Assembly: GCA_951406725.2 (NCBI GenBank) | Contig: OX597818.1 | Coordinates: 2,728,001 to 2,792,000 of the forward strand | Source of the DNA: Octopus vulgaris | Taxonomy: Eukaryota | Length of the DNA stretch: 64,000 nt | Direction of reading: 5' to 3' | Shown here: piece after piece, positions 51,790 to 62,566 of the stretch | Layout: every line of letters starts with the position of its first letter | Numbering within the stretch: the stretch's first letter is position 1 | Program-made: the position numbers and the translations under genes | Notes under the pieces: model-generated | The model's input: the letters and a program-made list of their open reading frames with translations, nothing else | What the model was told of the DNA's origin: nothing | The model's database searches: none

Positions 51790-52062
51790 GCATATGGCAT
51801 AGTGGCTAAGAGTGCAGGCTACCAACCCCAAGATTCCGAGTTCGATTCCAGGCAGTGACTTGAATAATAATAATAATAACAATAATATTAATAACATCGA
51901 AATATACCTTAGGAATGAGAACCCAGGTTCGAAATTTCCCCAAGACACCTGATGAAGGCTGGAGGGTATATCAGCCGAAACATGTTAACAACAAACAAGA
52001 TGAGGACAAATATTCGTCAAATGTAAATAATGTACATAATTCCTCATCTCTTAAATATAGAA
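51790..52062 (+). mobile_element. tRNA-like Pol III head plus (AAT)n plus a hammerhead-containing Penelope-type terminal segment
   Basis: A box TGGCATAGTGG (51795), B box GAGTTCGATTCC (51838) and CTGATGA-A-GGCTG..CAGCC-GAAAC (51949-51981). Confidence 0.65.
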
Positions 52063-52069
52063 TAGGAAA

Positions 52070-54350
52070 AACCAAGTTTCTCAGCCACGGTGGGTGGGAA
52101 CAAAACCAAACTTGAAGTGAAAATGGAACAGTTATATAAATTCAGGAATTTAATAAAAGAAAGTGGCACTGACACTAAGCTGTTGCTGCCCACTGAAACA
52201 GTTGCAGAAATTAATGCCCGAACAGTGGTGTACAAGGTTTATAACCTAAAAGAGAAAAAAAACTATGGAGGTGGTAGAGAGGTGCATGGCACCAATTTGG
52301 AACCATGTATGCTACGTTAACCAGGGGACACGTAGCGCGATTGTCGAAGCGCAGTTCCTATTGGCTAATGTAGTGAAGGAAGTATCAACAAAGACACTAC
52401 AAAAAATGAAGAAATTAAGCTGCTGCCCACATACTTGGGTCACAGGACGACTAAAATCACTGTAGAAGAAATTCCTGCTGGATATGAAGTTTTGTGGGTG
52501 GCAACAGCAGTAATATGTGGAGGAGAAAGTAACCATCTTGCAAATGAAAAAGAAGGATATGATAAATTGGAAAGGCCAAACACTTGAATTAGTGGTACAG
52601 GCCACTAATGAAACTTCAGAAAATTTGCCTGATAGGGTGTTTGTTGGGGAGGGGCTCTCCATGCGAGTAGCTGTAGAGGGACATTGGTCCAGATGCTTCA
52701 AGTGTGGAGAGAAGGGCCACGTCCGATCCAGGTGCACAAAAAATAAAAAGAGAAAAGAAAACGAGGCCCCTCCCCGAAAAGTGGCAGAAAAACCTGAAAG
52801 TACAACAGGAAAAAAGACAGAAAAAGTGGAAGAGAAAAAAGACACAAGCAAAGATATGGATTTCACAACTGTATTGCATAAACGGAAGAAAGCACATGTC
52901 CTGGACTCCCTTCCCCAAACAAAAAAATCATCGAAGCATGCAGACACACATAACCAAACTCCCCAACCCAGTCCCACGGTAAAACAATTTACCAAACCCC
53001 TCCCCAAAACACAGGAAAAAAATAATAGCATTCAGAGGAAAAAACGAGGCATTAAACAGAATCATTAGATCACACCACAAAGCAAGAGTTTACAAAGAAT
53101 GAGAAGACAATAAAACTGACATTCGATTTGCAAATCTGAAGGAAACTTTATGTTTCCTTCATATGCAAATGTGAAGGAAACTCAGATGACATTAGAGATA
53201 TGAGTGTGGAAGTGGCTGAGGGCAAGTTAATTGTTAGCCCGGTAGCCAAAGCATGGGAATTCCCAGCGGCCACACCAAACAAAGAGAAAGATGGGGAGGC
53301 AGGCGGAGTTGCGCAGCCCCTCCCCAAATTGAAACTGTAAGTTATCCCTTTTATCTGAGCAAGGAGGATAATATTAGTAATTATAGGCCCATAACTCCAC
53401 TTAATATAGAGTTAAAGATTTTGGCCAAGGTGTTAGCCAAAAGGTTGATGCGTGACATGGAGAAACTTGTAGGGAAGGTGCAGACATTTGCCATCCTAGG
53501 CACATCAATCCAGGACAATCTTCACCTTATATGCTACACCTTAGACAGGTTGGGTAAATTAACTGGCAAAGGTCCATTTAGACCAAAGTAAAGCATTTGA
53601 TAGGGTAGACTACCAGTACCTGACAGCAGTCCTCGAAGTGGCTGGGCTGGGTCCGGACATCCATAGGTGGATCTCCGCCATGTATAGCAGCATCAAATCC
53701 ACCATCCAGATAAATGGCTACTTGTCGAAGCTGTTTTCAATCAAGCATTCAGTTTATCAAGGGTGTCCCCTGTTTCCATTTCTGTTTGTGTTGGCTCTTG
53801 AGCTATTGTTGCGGAAGTTGGAGAACTTGGGAAGCAACCCTAATGAAATCGGCTGCGGTAAGTCAGTCTCTGCTTATGCAGATGATGTCACCTTCATCAT
53901 GTCCAATGAAGTGCAGCTACCTTGTGTATAGGATGCTATCAAAGCATATGAGGCAGTAGCAGAGGCAAAAGTTAACAAGGACAAGTCCATCGGCTTGCGG
54001 CGCCTTGGCACCTGGAGGAGCAAGTTGATATCATCCAGTTTCGTGGGTCACTGGACAGGTGGTCCTGTTAAGTTGCTTGGAGTTTGGTTTGGACTGGACT
54101 CCCAGACAGGAGAATTAGAGTGAAGTGGCAAGCAAGGTGGAGGCTCTAGTCTGGAAGGGCTCTGTCTTTGAAAGGAAGGGCAGAGGTGGTACAGGTGCTT
54201 ATTGCATCTGTCATCACTGACCGTCGTCCCTTGCCCCGATTCGCTTTTCCGCTTTTTGTGGAAGGGAGGAAAGCCACTTGTGAGGCACTCTGTTTGCTAA
54301 AGGGTGGGTTAGCGATGCCCTGGCTAATGATGCTATCTCCCCCTTTGAAA
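52070..54350 (+). mobile_element. Decayed Tx1/L1-clade LINE (ORF1 with CCHC knuckle; RT remnant; endonuclease deleted)
   Basis: RCFKCGEKGHVRSRC, SNYRPITPLNIELKILAKVLAKRL, QGCPLFP.LF.LALE and SAYADDVT. Confidence 0.82.
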
Positions 54351-54595
54351 ACATAAGGACACAGAAAATGTGTCATGGCCAACAGGAAACATTGTTTCCT
54401 AGGACTAAATAGCAGTAGTATTCTTCCCTTTCATGTCACATTAAGTTGACAACATACCATCACTTATTTTAGTGTTCTTCATCAACAGATGATAAATGTG
54501 TCAGTTTATCCTATTAGTTATTTTGCAGCTGCTTGATGAAGGCAAATCTCACACACATATACATTAATGAATGAAAATGCACTCTCATGCTCTTG

Positions 54596-54628
<33 letters not shown>

Positions 54629-54652
54629 GAATTATATTTATTTTAATCACAG

Positions 54653-54737
54653 TCTGGAATGACAGATAGTCGTGCATGTGTCCTTATAGCTGAAATGAGT
54701 TCAGCAGGTAATTTGGCAGAAGGAGAGTATACCAGAA
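54653..54737 (+). CDS. UMPS: UMP synthase internal exon F (ODC, AEMSS motif)
   Basis: tcacag| acceptor and |gtaagt donor. Translates SGMTDSRACVLIAEMSSAGNLAEGEYTR; ends in phase 1. Confidence 0.95.
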
Positions 54738-54833
54738 GTAAGTTCATTTTTTTAAATTATTTTTCTTAATTGTTTTATCTAGTTACCATATGATAGTTCA
54801 ACAATGAGTTCTATGTTTGTTTGTTTTTTACAG

Positions 54834-54932
54834 GTACAATTAAAATGGCTGAGGAGCACAGTGATTTTGTTATAGGTTTTATTTGTCAGAAAAAGCTTCT
54901 GTCGGACCCAAAATTTATTCACATGACTCCAG
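54834..54932 (+). CDS. UMPS: UMP synthase internal exon G (ODC, GFI...MTPG)
   Basis: ttacag| acceptor and |gtaaat donor. Translates (S)TIKMAEEHSDFVIGFICQKKLLSDPKFIHMTP(G). The downstream GQQY and VGRG exons were not found in the window. Confidence 0.95.
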
Positions 54933-55571
54933 GTAAATAATCAATGTTATATAATTTTAAAATGTTGTTGAACTGTGAAACATTTCTAGGTTAAATGCTA
55001 TTTAACCCTTCTGTTACTACATTTCTAACTAAAATATGCCTCTTATGTGTTTCAATTAAATTCTAATATAATCATGAATTTAGGCTGGCTTCATAAAATA
55101 ATTCTTTTTTATTTATCAATATATTAACATGATTTTTGGAACACAATTTAAGATGTTCTTAAATAGATCTGTTGCATAGTTTTTGTCTCAACGCAACTCT
55201 AATTACAGGTAAATATAACTCTTTATAAAATTATTTCAATTTTGTTTGAACATCAGCATAGAAAATGAGTTATTAGCTAATATTCAATTGAGTATACAAC
55301 AAAATTTTAATATCAAAGAATTGTGTACATTAGTGGATTATCAGTTGAACTTAAATGTATATAAGACAGAGGTAGTAATAAAGGTAAAAATAGAATGAAA
55401 TACTGGAAGAAAACTAGAAGAAAAAAGAAGAAAACTAGAAAATGAAATACATATAGGTGCAGGAGTGGGTAAGTCTTCTACTATAGCCTCGGGCTGACCA
55501 AAGCCTTGTGAGTGGATTCAATAGACGAAAACTGAAAAGAAGTCCATCGTATGTGTGTGTGTGTATATATA

Positions 55572-56751
55572 TCTCTTATTATAAAAGGCAGATTTTATCT
55601 GCCTCCCTTTGTATCTTATAGAAATCTACAATATAGGTTTTCTTCAATTACAATTTACCTAGCATTTTTAAGAGTAGAATGCATCGGGTCATGCCAGGTC
55701 CAGTTTTTAAAATTTAAACTCCAATTAAGCAAAATTTACAGAAAACTCACATTCTGGTGTGTATGTCAAATGCTTTTCTTAGTCTGGTTTACAGCACACG
55801 CAAACGCACACACACAGTGTGCAACGTATAAAGTGAAACTAGATGTAATATTTGTTTCTGTCTATCACGCTGATAGATACATGAGTAAAATGTATGGGAA
55901 GCCTAACAGATAAGAGTGAGTGAAAATGTTCTTGGAAGAGAGTAAATTAGCGACAGAGTGATTTGAGGAAGACTAAACTGAAAGTATGAAACAGTGTTTA
56001 TGTATAAACAGACGACACTTATATAAACCCTTTCGTTACCAAACCGCCCGAATTTACCTATTCATATTTAAATGAGAATATCAGAGTAAATCTCTTTAGT
56101 ACATTCGTGAAAACACGTATTATACTTCGTAAACACTTCAAATACAGTTTTGTACAACGATCGAAGTGTAATTTTAATTCCGTGAATTATGGGAGATTTT
56201 TTTCCGAAATTTGTTCCTATTGTGTTTTCAAAATTTGTAATTCTGACAAAAAATGGATACGAATTTCATTATATCAAGCAGCGAGTCAGAATTTGAAGGA
56301 TTTTCTACTGAAGACCTTCATAAATCTAACTCTATGACTGAAAAAAAAAAGCATCTTTATATAAGAGTGAAGTTGTGTGTCTGTCCCCTTCGATTTAGAT
56401 TCGTAACTACTCCCACATTTTGCGGTGCAGTTTAACCAAAAGCGGGTATCTTATAGTCGTGATTCATATCGAGCCCTTCTGGGTATTAGCGCGCGTCTAC
56501 GATGAGTCTACGATTTAAAAAAAATTTACCATCATATTTTTCCATTTTAATGCATTTTTTTCGCTTTCATATAAGGGAAGTAACTCTCTAAAAATATCTA
56601 CGATGTGTCAACGATTTAAAAAAAAAATTTACCTTAATTTTTTTTTCAATTTTTAATGCATTTTTTTGCTATTTTTTGGCTATAACTCTCTAAAAATGCT
56701 TATATAGTTATTTCCCTTACAAACCCGAGCAACGCCGGGCGATACTGCTAG
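55572..56751 (+). mobile_element. Composite Helitron with two 5' ends and a captured piggyBac terminus
   Basis: A|TCTCTTATTATAAAAGGCAG at 55572; piggyBac end at 56028-56353; a second A|TCTTTATATAAGAGTGAAG at 56354; hairpin CCCGAGCAACGCCGGG and CTAG|T at 56751. Confidence 0.75.
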
Positions 56752-56764
56752 TATAATATATGTG

Positions 56765-57020
56765 TATGATTTAGAGAAAAACCTCTATTAAACAATTCAA
56801 TAATGAAAGATGTTATTCACACCATATAGAAAACATATACTATAAAAACCTTATTCTAAAAATCAATGAAGTACAATAAATAATAAATACTGGTAAAAAG
56901 ACTACGCGTGTTTTGTGGCTATATTTTCAACTAGATAATAATAATAAAATCAATTTGTTTTAAGATTAAATCGATCTAAAATTAATTCTATTTAAAAATA
57001 TAGTCACTCAACAGGTCTAA

Positions 57021-57054
<34 letters not shown>

Positions 57055-59460
57055 TAAATGTACTTATCTTAACTTAAACTAATTATCAAATAAATATAAA
57101 AATACATGTATAAATAATCGAAAAGCATTTAAAAATATTTCTTAAAATACAACCATAACTTATCTTATCGAAGGATTTTCGTTAACTAAAAATTTAAACG
57201 TAATATGTAGAACTTAGCGTTTATAAGAAATATATCACATGAAAATATGGCGTAAATAGAATTTATAGAAGAAATAGATAGAAATATGTATTAAGCTATT
57301 AAAATTGCAAATGTATTTTAGCTGTGAGAATAATAAAAAAATTAACTTTATACCATTTACTGGAAAAATTGTAAAGACTAAATAATTTAAATACTAAATA
57401 CGTAAAATACATAATATAATAAACATAAATTAAGTTAAAAATCTATAATTTAATCTATTTTCATTAATTAATTAATTTATTTTATAAACATCTAATTTTC
57501 ATCTTATTCTAATTATGTAATATACACTATATAATTTCGTGCTAATTTATACACATTTTACTACTACAAATTATGTCTACAACAATTAATATCATAAAAC
57601 AGCGTTTATGCATATACACAAATTAGCTAAACTCATATAAGTAATTTAATTTATGTCTACATTTAACTTTTTGTTCGTCTAGGGAATTAATTTTTTTTTA
57701 TTAGTTAATATCGCCTTAAATTCGTTAGTACATAATAAACAAAAATGACCACCTATTCAGTATGATTTTGCCTTATAAACTATTTCTCAATTTAAATTGT
57801 ACTTAATAGGCGCAGGAGTGGCTGTGTGGTAAGTAGCTTGTTTACCAACCACATGGTTCCGGGTTCAGTCCCACTGCGTGGCACCTTGGGCAAGTGTCTT
57901 CTACTATAGCCTCGGGCCGACCAAAGCCTTGTGAGTGGATTTGGTAGACGGAAACTGAAAGAAGCCCGTCGTATATATGTATATATATATGCGTGTGTGT
58001 GTTTGTGTGTCTGTGTTTGTCCCCCTAGCATTGCTTGATAACCGATGCTGGTGTGTTTGTGTCCCCGTTACTTAGCGGTTCGGCAAAAGAGACTGATAGA
58101 ATAAGTACTGGGCTTACAAAAAAGAATAAGTCCCGGGTCGAGTTGCTCGATTAAAGGTGGTGCCCCAGCATGGCCGCAGTCAAATGACTGAAACAAGTAA
58201 AAGAGTAAAGAGTAAGAGTAATATTTTTAGATTTTAGTTCCCATATATATATTTACTAAGGCCAGTAGAATTAATTAAATTTCTCTTGTTAAAAGAATTC
58301 ATGTGTTGAGCCACTCATAATTTAATTTTATTAGAAGTCGGCCCTATTTAAATTGTAACCATTCCTATTATCATCAATCAAAGTCACTACACATTTATAT
58401 ACTACATCATCGAAATTACATTTATTATTTAGTTTTTATCTCTACAAGTACAATTAATTATATTGTGGTCTTTTTTATTATTGGAATGATAATTTGATTT
58501 GTTTTTGTAAAACTTATTCAGCTTAAATTTATTAAAAGAAGAAATAATGTTACCAGCATTATTATTAGTAGTATAACCAACTCCAAAATTATTACTAGAT
58601 AAAATGTTATATTTTTTATTATCTCTAATGAATACTTCAATTATAGTTAAAATCTCTTTAATAATGTGTTTTAACTTGAACTCCATAAGGAACAATTAAC
58701 CAAATTTTGTTCTTATTAATATTATTATATTTATTTTTTATATTAAATTTATTATTATCAAATGAATTAAATTTAATCTTATTTTTTAGTCTATTATATT
58801 TATGTTTTGTATTATCATAATACATATTATTAATACCATAATTACCTAAATAAAACTTATCATAATTCTTAATGTTAGGTTTATGATTATAAAAACTATA
58901 GGAATCATTAATATTGTAATCTTTTATGTTATATTTAGAATTATTAAAGAATTTAATATTATTATTATATCCCACCTCCCACATGGCTTCAATATAATAA
59001 GGTGCGTGTTTTTGGAAAATCTCAAAATTAAGAGAAAGCAATAATATTCTTTTACCTATATAATCTGTCGACGATTGAGGGTGTATATGATTTAGAGAAA
59101 AACCTCTATTAAACAATTCAATAATGAAAGATGTTATTTACACCATATAGAAAACATATACTATAAAACCTTATTCAAAAAATCAATTAAGTACAATAAA
59201 TAGTAAATAGTAGTAAAAAGACTATGCATGTTTCATGGCTATATTTTCAAATAGATAATAATAAAATCAATTCGATTTAAAATTAAATCGATCTAAAATT
59301 CTATTTAAAACTATAGTCAGTCACTCAGCAGGTCTAAAATAATAAATAAAAAAAAAATTATAATAGAATAAATGTATTTATCTTAACTTATACTAATTAT
59401 TAAATAAATATATAAAAATACGTGTATTAACTGTAAATAATTGAAAAACATTTAACAATA
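56765..59460 (-). mobile_element. AT-rich non-autonomous Penelope-like/retrozyme-like element with ~370-bp terminal direct repeats, each with a hammerhead-like motif
   Basis: Direct repeats at 56765-57136 and 59086-59460; motifs at 56900-57017 and 59220-59334; a decayed NCTCRDKN endonuclease-like remnant near 58430. Confidence 0.7.
57809..58218 (+). mobile_element. Intact-looking tRNA-derived SINE (CORE-like)
   Basis: GGCGCAGGAGTGGCTGTGTGGTAAG, GGTTCAGTCCC, ACCTTGGGCAAGT, an internal microsatellite, a (GAGTAA)n tail and a short TAATA TSD. Confidence 0.9.
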
Positions 59461-60524
59461 TATATATGCATCTGTATGTTTGTGTCTGTCTGTTCCCCAC
59501 CGATGTTGATATGCTTATGTCTCTGTAATTTAGTGGTTTGGCAAGAGACCAATAGAATAAGGTCTAGGCTTACAAAGAATAAGTCCTGGGGTTGATTTGT
59601 TTGACTAAAAGGTGATGCTCTAGCATGGCCACAGCCAAATGACTGAAACAAATAAAACAATACCAGTAACTAAATGAAATAAACTCACATGCATACATAA
59701 ATACACAGAAACATTTATAATAATGTAAATATTAATTACTTGTAGGGACAGTATTTCATTATGTGTTTTTTCATCTTCAACTTCATTGTTTACATTTGCT
59801 GTCTTGGATACAGAACATCATAATGAAAATCAGTGCTGGCTATAATTTCTATAGAATATCTGTAGAGATAACCTTAACAAGTCATAATGATTCATAATAC
59901 AAATTGATCAAAATTTATCACTTACCTTTCAGGTAAATAAAAAATAAAAATGAGGTAAATTTGAAAAAAATATTTATGAAGTCAAATCATATGTATATAG
60001 ATCAGACAATATTTCTATGATGGTAACTTGTAAAGCACCCTACTGTACATATCACATGCTTGCAGAATGCAAAGTGGAAACTTGTTTCAATGGCCCATCC
60101 ACTGAGAACTTTCCTTTTTTGATGAAGTCATTTGTGGCTGTCAATGTTCTTTAATTTATGGAGATCGGCTGAATTCAGAGGGATATTCCTCTGGCAGGCT
60201 TTAGTTTTTCTCCCAATAGCTTTTTTTTTTTAAAGAAAACCAGCTCCCTTAACTGCATTGCTACATCTGCTTGGAACTACAGATTGTAGCATTGCTTTTG
60301 AGCCCCTCCTGATTTAGTGTATAGTATTCATATTTACTATATACCGAACCAGGTATCACTACCTTTTATTACCAGGTCAACAGATTGGGTAATGGCTCAT
60401 CATCTGATTCAGCCAAACTACAACAGCCATGTACCTGTTATAATTGAGGTTCACAATCCAACAGCATCCCTTTCCTATTTACATGCACAGTGAGAGTTAG
60501 CTGTGACATTTAAGAGGCAGTCTG

Positions 60525-61085
60525 CCAAAGTAACCTCTGTACTTGTCTTTTGTTGACATAGAAAAAACCTTTGACAGGGTCCCCCACTCCTTTATCTGGT
60601 AGTCAATGCAGAAGCTTGGAATAGATAAGTGGTTGACGAGAGCCATATAAGCCATGTATAGGAGTGCTGTCAGGAAGGTGAAAGCTAGCAACAAGTATAG
60701 CACTGAATTCAGTGTACATGTAGGAGTTCACCAGGGATTGGTTCTCAACCTTCTCTTGTTCATCATAGTCCTCCAAGCCATAACAGAAGAATTTAAGATG
60801 GGCTGCTCTTGGGAGCTCCTCTATGCTGATGACCATGTTCTTATATTTGAATCACTACCAGAACTAGAGAAGAAATTTCAGATGTGGAAGCAAGGTTTGG
60901 TATCAAAGGGCCTTAAAATATCTGGTTGGGTGGGGTATGATGTAGCAGCACTATAGTCAACTGCTACAAAGGTAAAGGTGATGCCTCAGACAGAAATAAT
61001 TATAGAAATAATTCAGCAAAGGCTAAAGTTTTGGTAAGTAGGAAAACAGACAAATTGCAAATCCCTTCAGGGAGATGGCTGGTCA
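60525..61085 (+). mobile_element. Rearranged RTE RT fragment
   Basis: GVHQG..L..LLFIIVLQAITEEFK.GCSWELLYADD. Confidence 0.8.
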
Positions 61086-61090
61086 CTTAA

Positions 61091-62176
61091 CCCTTTCGTT
61101 ACTATATTTCTGACAAAAATACACCCCTTATGTGTTTCAATTAATTTCTAACATAATCATAAATTTAGTCTGGTTTCATTAAACAACTATAACTTTTTTA
61201 TTTATCAATATATTAATGTGATTTTTGGAAGATAATTTAATGAAATGTTCTCAACCAATTCTATACTATAATTTTTGTCACAAAGTGACTCTAATTGCAG
61301 GTAGATACAGGTAAATTCAACAAAATATAAAATTATTAAAATTTTGTTCAAACATCGCTATAGAAAATGGGTTATTAGCTAATATTCAATTGGGTATACA
61401 ACAAAATTTTACGATAGAATTTGTTATTCTGGGTAACTTTCTGATACCCATAATAATATTTATGGCAAAATAATCTTAATTTCATTTAAAGTTGTGGGAA
61501 ACCACTAACTATCCTTTCTTTGGCTTTGTTTACATTTAGCGTAACGGTTCGTTTCCGCCGTAATGATTTCAAATAGGCTCATTCGAAAAAGTAAATAGAA
61601 ATAGTCTAAGGCTTTACTCTCCTGGGAAAGTCTGTGGCTTGGTCCAGTTTCTTCAGAAAAATCACTGAAAGAAACAGTTTTTAAATTTTCACTCCATTCA
61701 GGTGCCAATTCATTTTCTTTATTGCTGTCGGAGCTCTCGGATTCACTGTTTTCACTTTTGGAAAATGAAACGTCAGATTCATTATCAAATACCACGTGCT
61801 TTTTTTTTCGGTCATAGAGTTAGATTTATCAAGGTCTTCAGTAGAAAATCCTTCGAATTCTGACTTGCTGCTTGATATAATGAAATTCGTATCCATTTTT
61901 TGTCAGAATTACAAATTTTGAAAACACAATAGGAACAAATTTCGGAAAAAAATCTCCCAAAATTCACGGAATTAAAATTACACTTCGATCGTTGTACAAA
62001 ACTGTGGATGAACTGTTTACGAAGTATAATCATGTGTTTTCACGAATGTACTAAAGAGATTTGGTCTGATATTCTCATTTAAATATGAATAGGTAAATAC
62101 GGGCGGGTTTGGGCGGCTTGGTCACATGAATCAAAATTTTTTTCGGGCGGCTTTGGGTGGTTTGGTAATGAAAGGG
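61091..62176 (-). mobile_element. Non-autonomous piggyBac derivative (subfamily B)
   Basis: TTAA|CCCTTTCGTTAC ... GTAATGAAAGGG|TTAA; an internal deletion derivative of 25255-28197. Confidence 0.93.
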
Positions 62177-62405
62177 TTAAATGAACATGTTAGCAAACAT
62201 CATAACAGCTTCCATGACATTCATGGATACAGTGAGAAAATCATGGAAAGTCATTTCACTTGAGTGTCCAGGGCGGGGGGGGGGGGGTCCTTTTCTCATG
62301 TTGGCATTCAGCACAGAGTCTCTTTGCAATCATTGATTTAAAAGTTTTTGGGAATTCAGGCTTTTGCTTTCCTTTCAACAGTTAAATTTTTCAATGGATA
62401 GTCAT

Positions 62406-62566
62406 ATGGCCTGGTCCCAAGTCCAGGATGAGAACGGAGGAGGGTTAGGCTTTGGGCTAATAATCTGACCCTGTAAAAACTTACAGTGCTAAAGAAACAA
62501 TCAGTATTGCTAGACTCCACCATGGCCTGGTCCCAAGTCCAGGATGAAAAAGGAGTCGGGTTAGGC
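62406..62566 (+). ncRNA. Two tandem twister (P1-type) ribozyme-like motifs, each degenerate
   Basis: CTCC-AC-catg-GCCTG-GTCCC-AAGT-CCAGG-ATGA..-GGAG-GAGGG matches the twister layout P2-GC-..GCCGGUCCCAAGCCCGGAUAAA-P2'-GAGGG. Confidence 0.68.

Larger units (their letters stand above)
55006..60495 (-). mobile_element. Old piggyBac copy (left end plus transposase C-terminus) expanded by nested insertions
   Basis: TTAA|CCCTTCTGTTAC left end at 55006-55450 resumes at about 59660; 60000-60490 is homologous to 26290-26800. Confidence 0.75.

Noticed and set aside
51790-51860. Functional tRNA gene
   Set aside because: The acceptor and anticodon stems do not pair properly and there is no T-run terminator. 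Treated as a tRNA-derived repeat head.
57130-59116. Mitochondrial insertion (NUMT) or foreign AT-rich gene with Asn-rich ORFs
   Set aside because: No mitochondrial gene motifs were recognised. The terminal direct repeats and hammerhead-like motifs fit a decayed Penelope-like element better.
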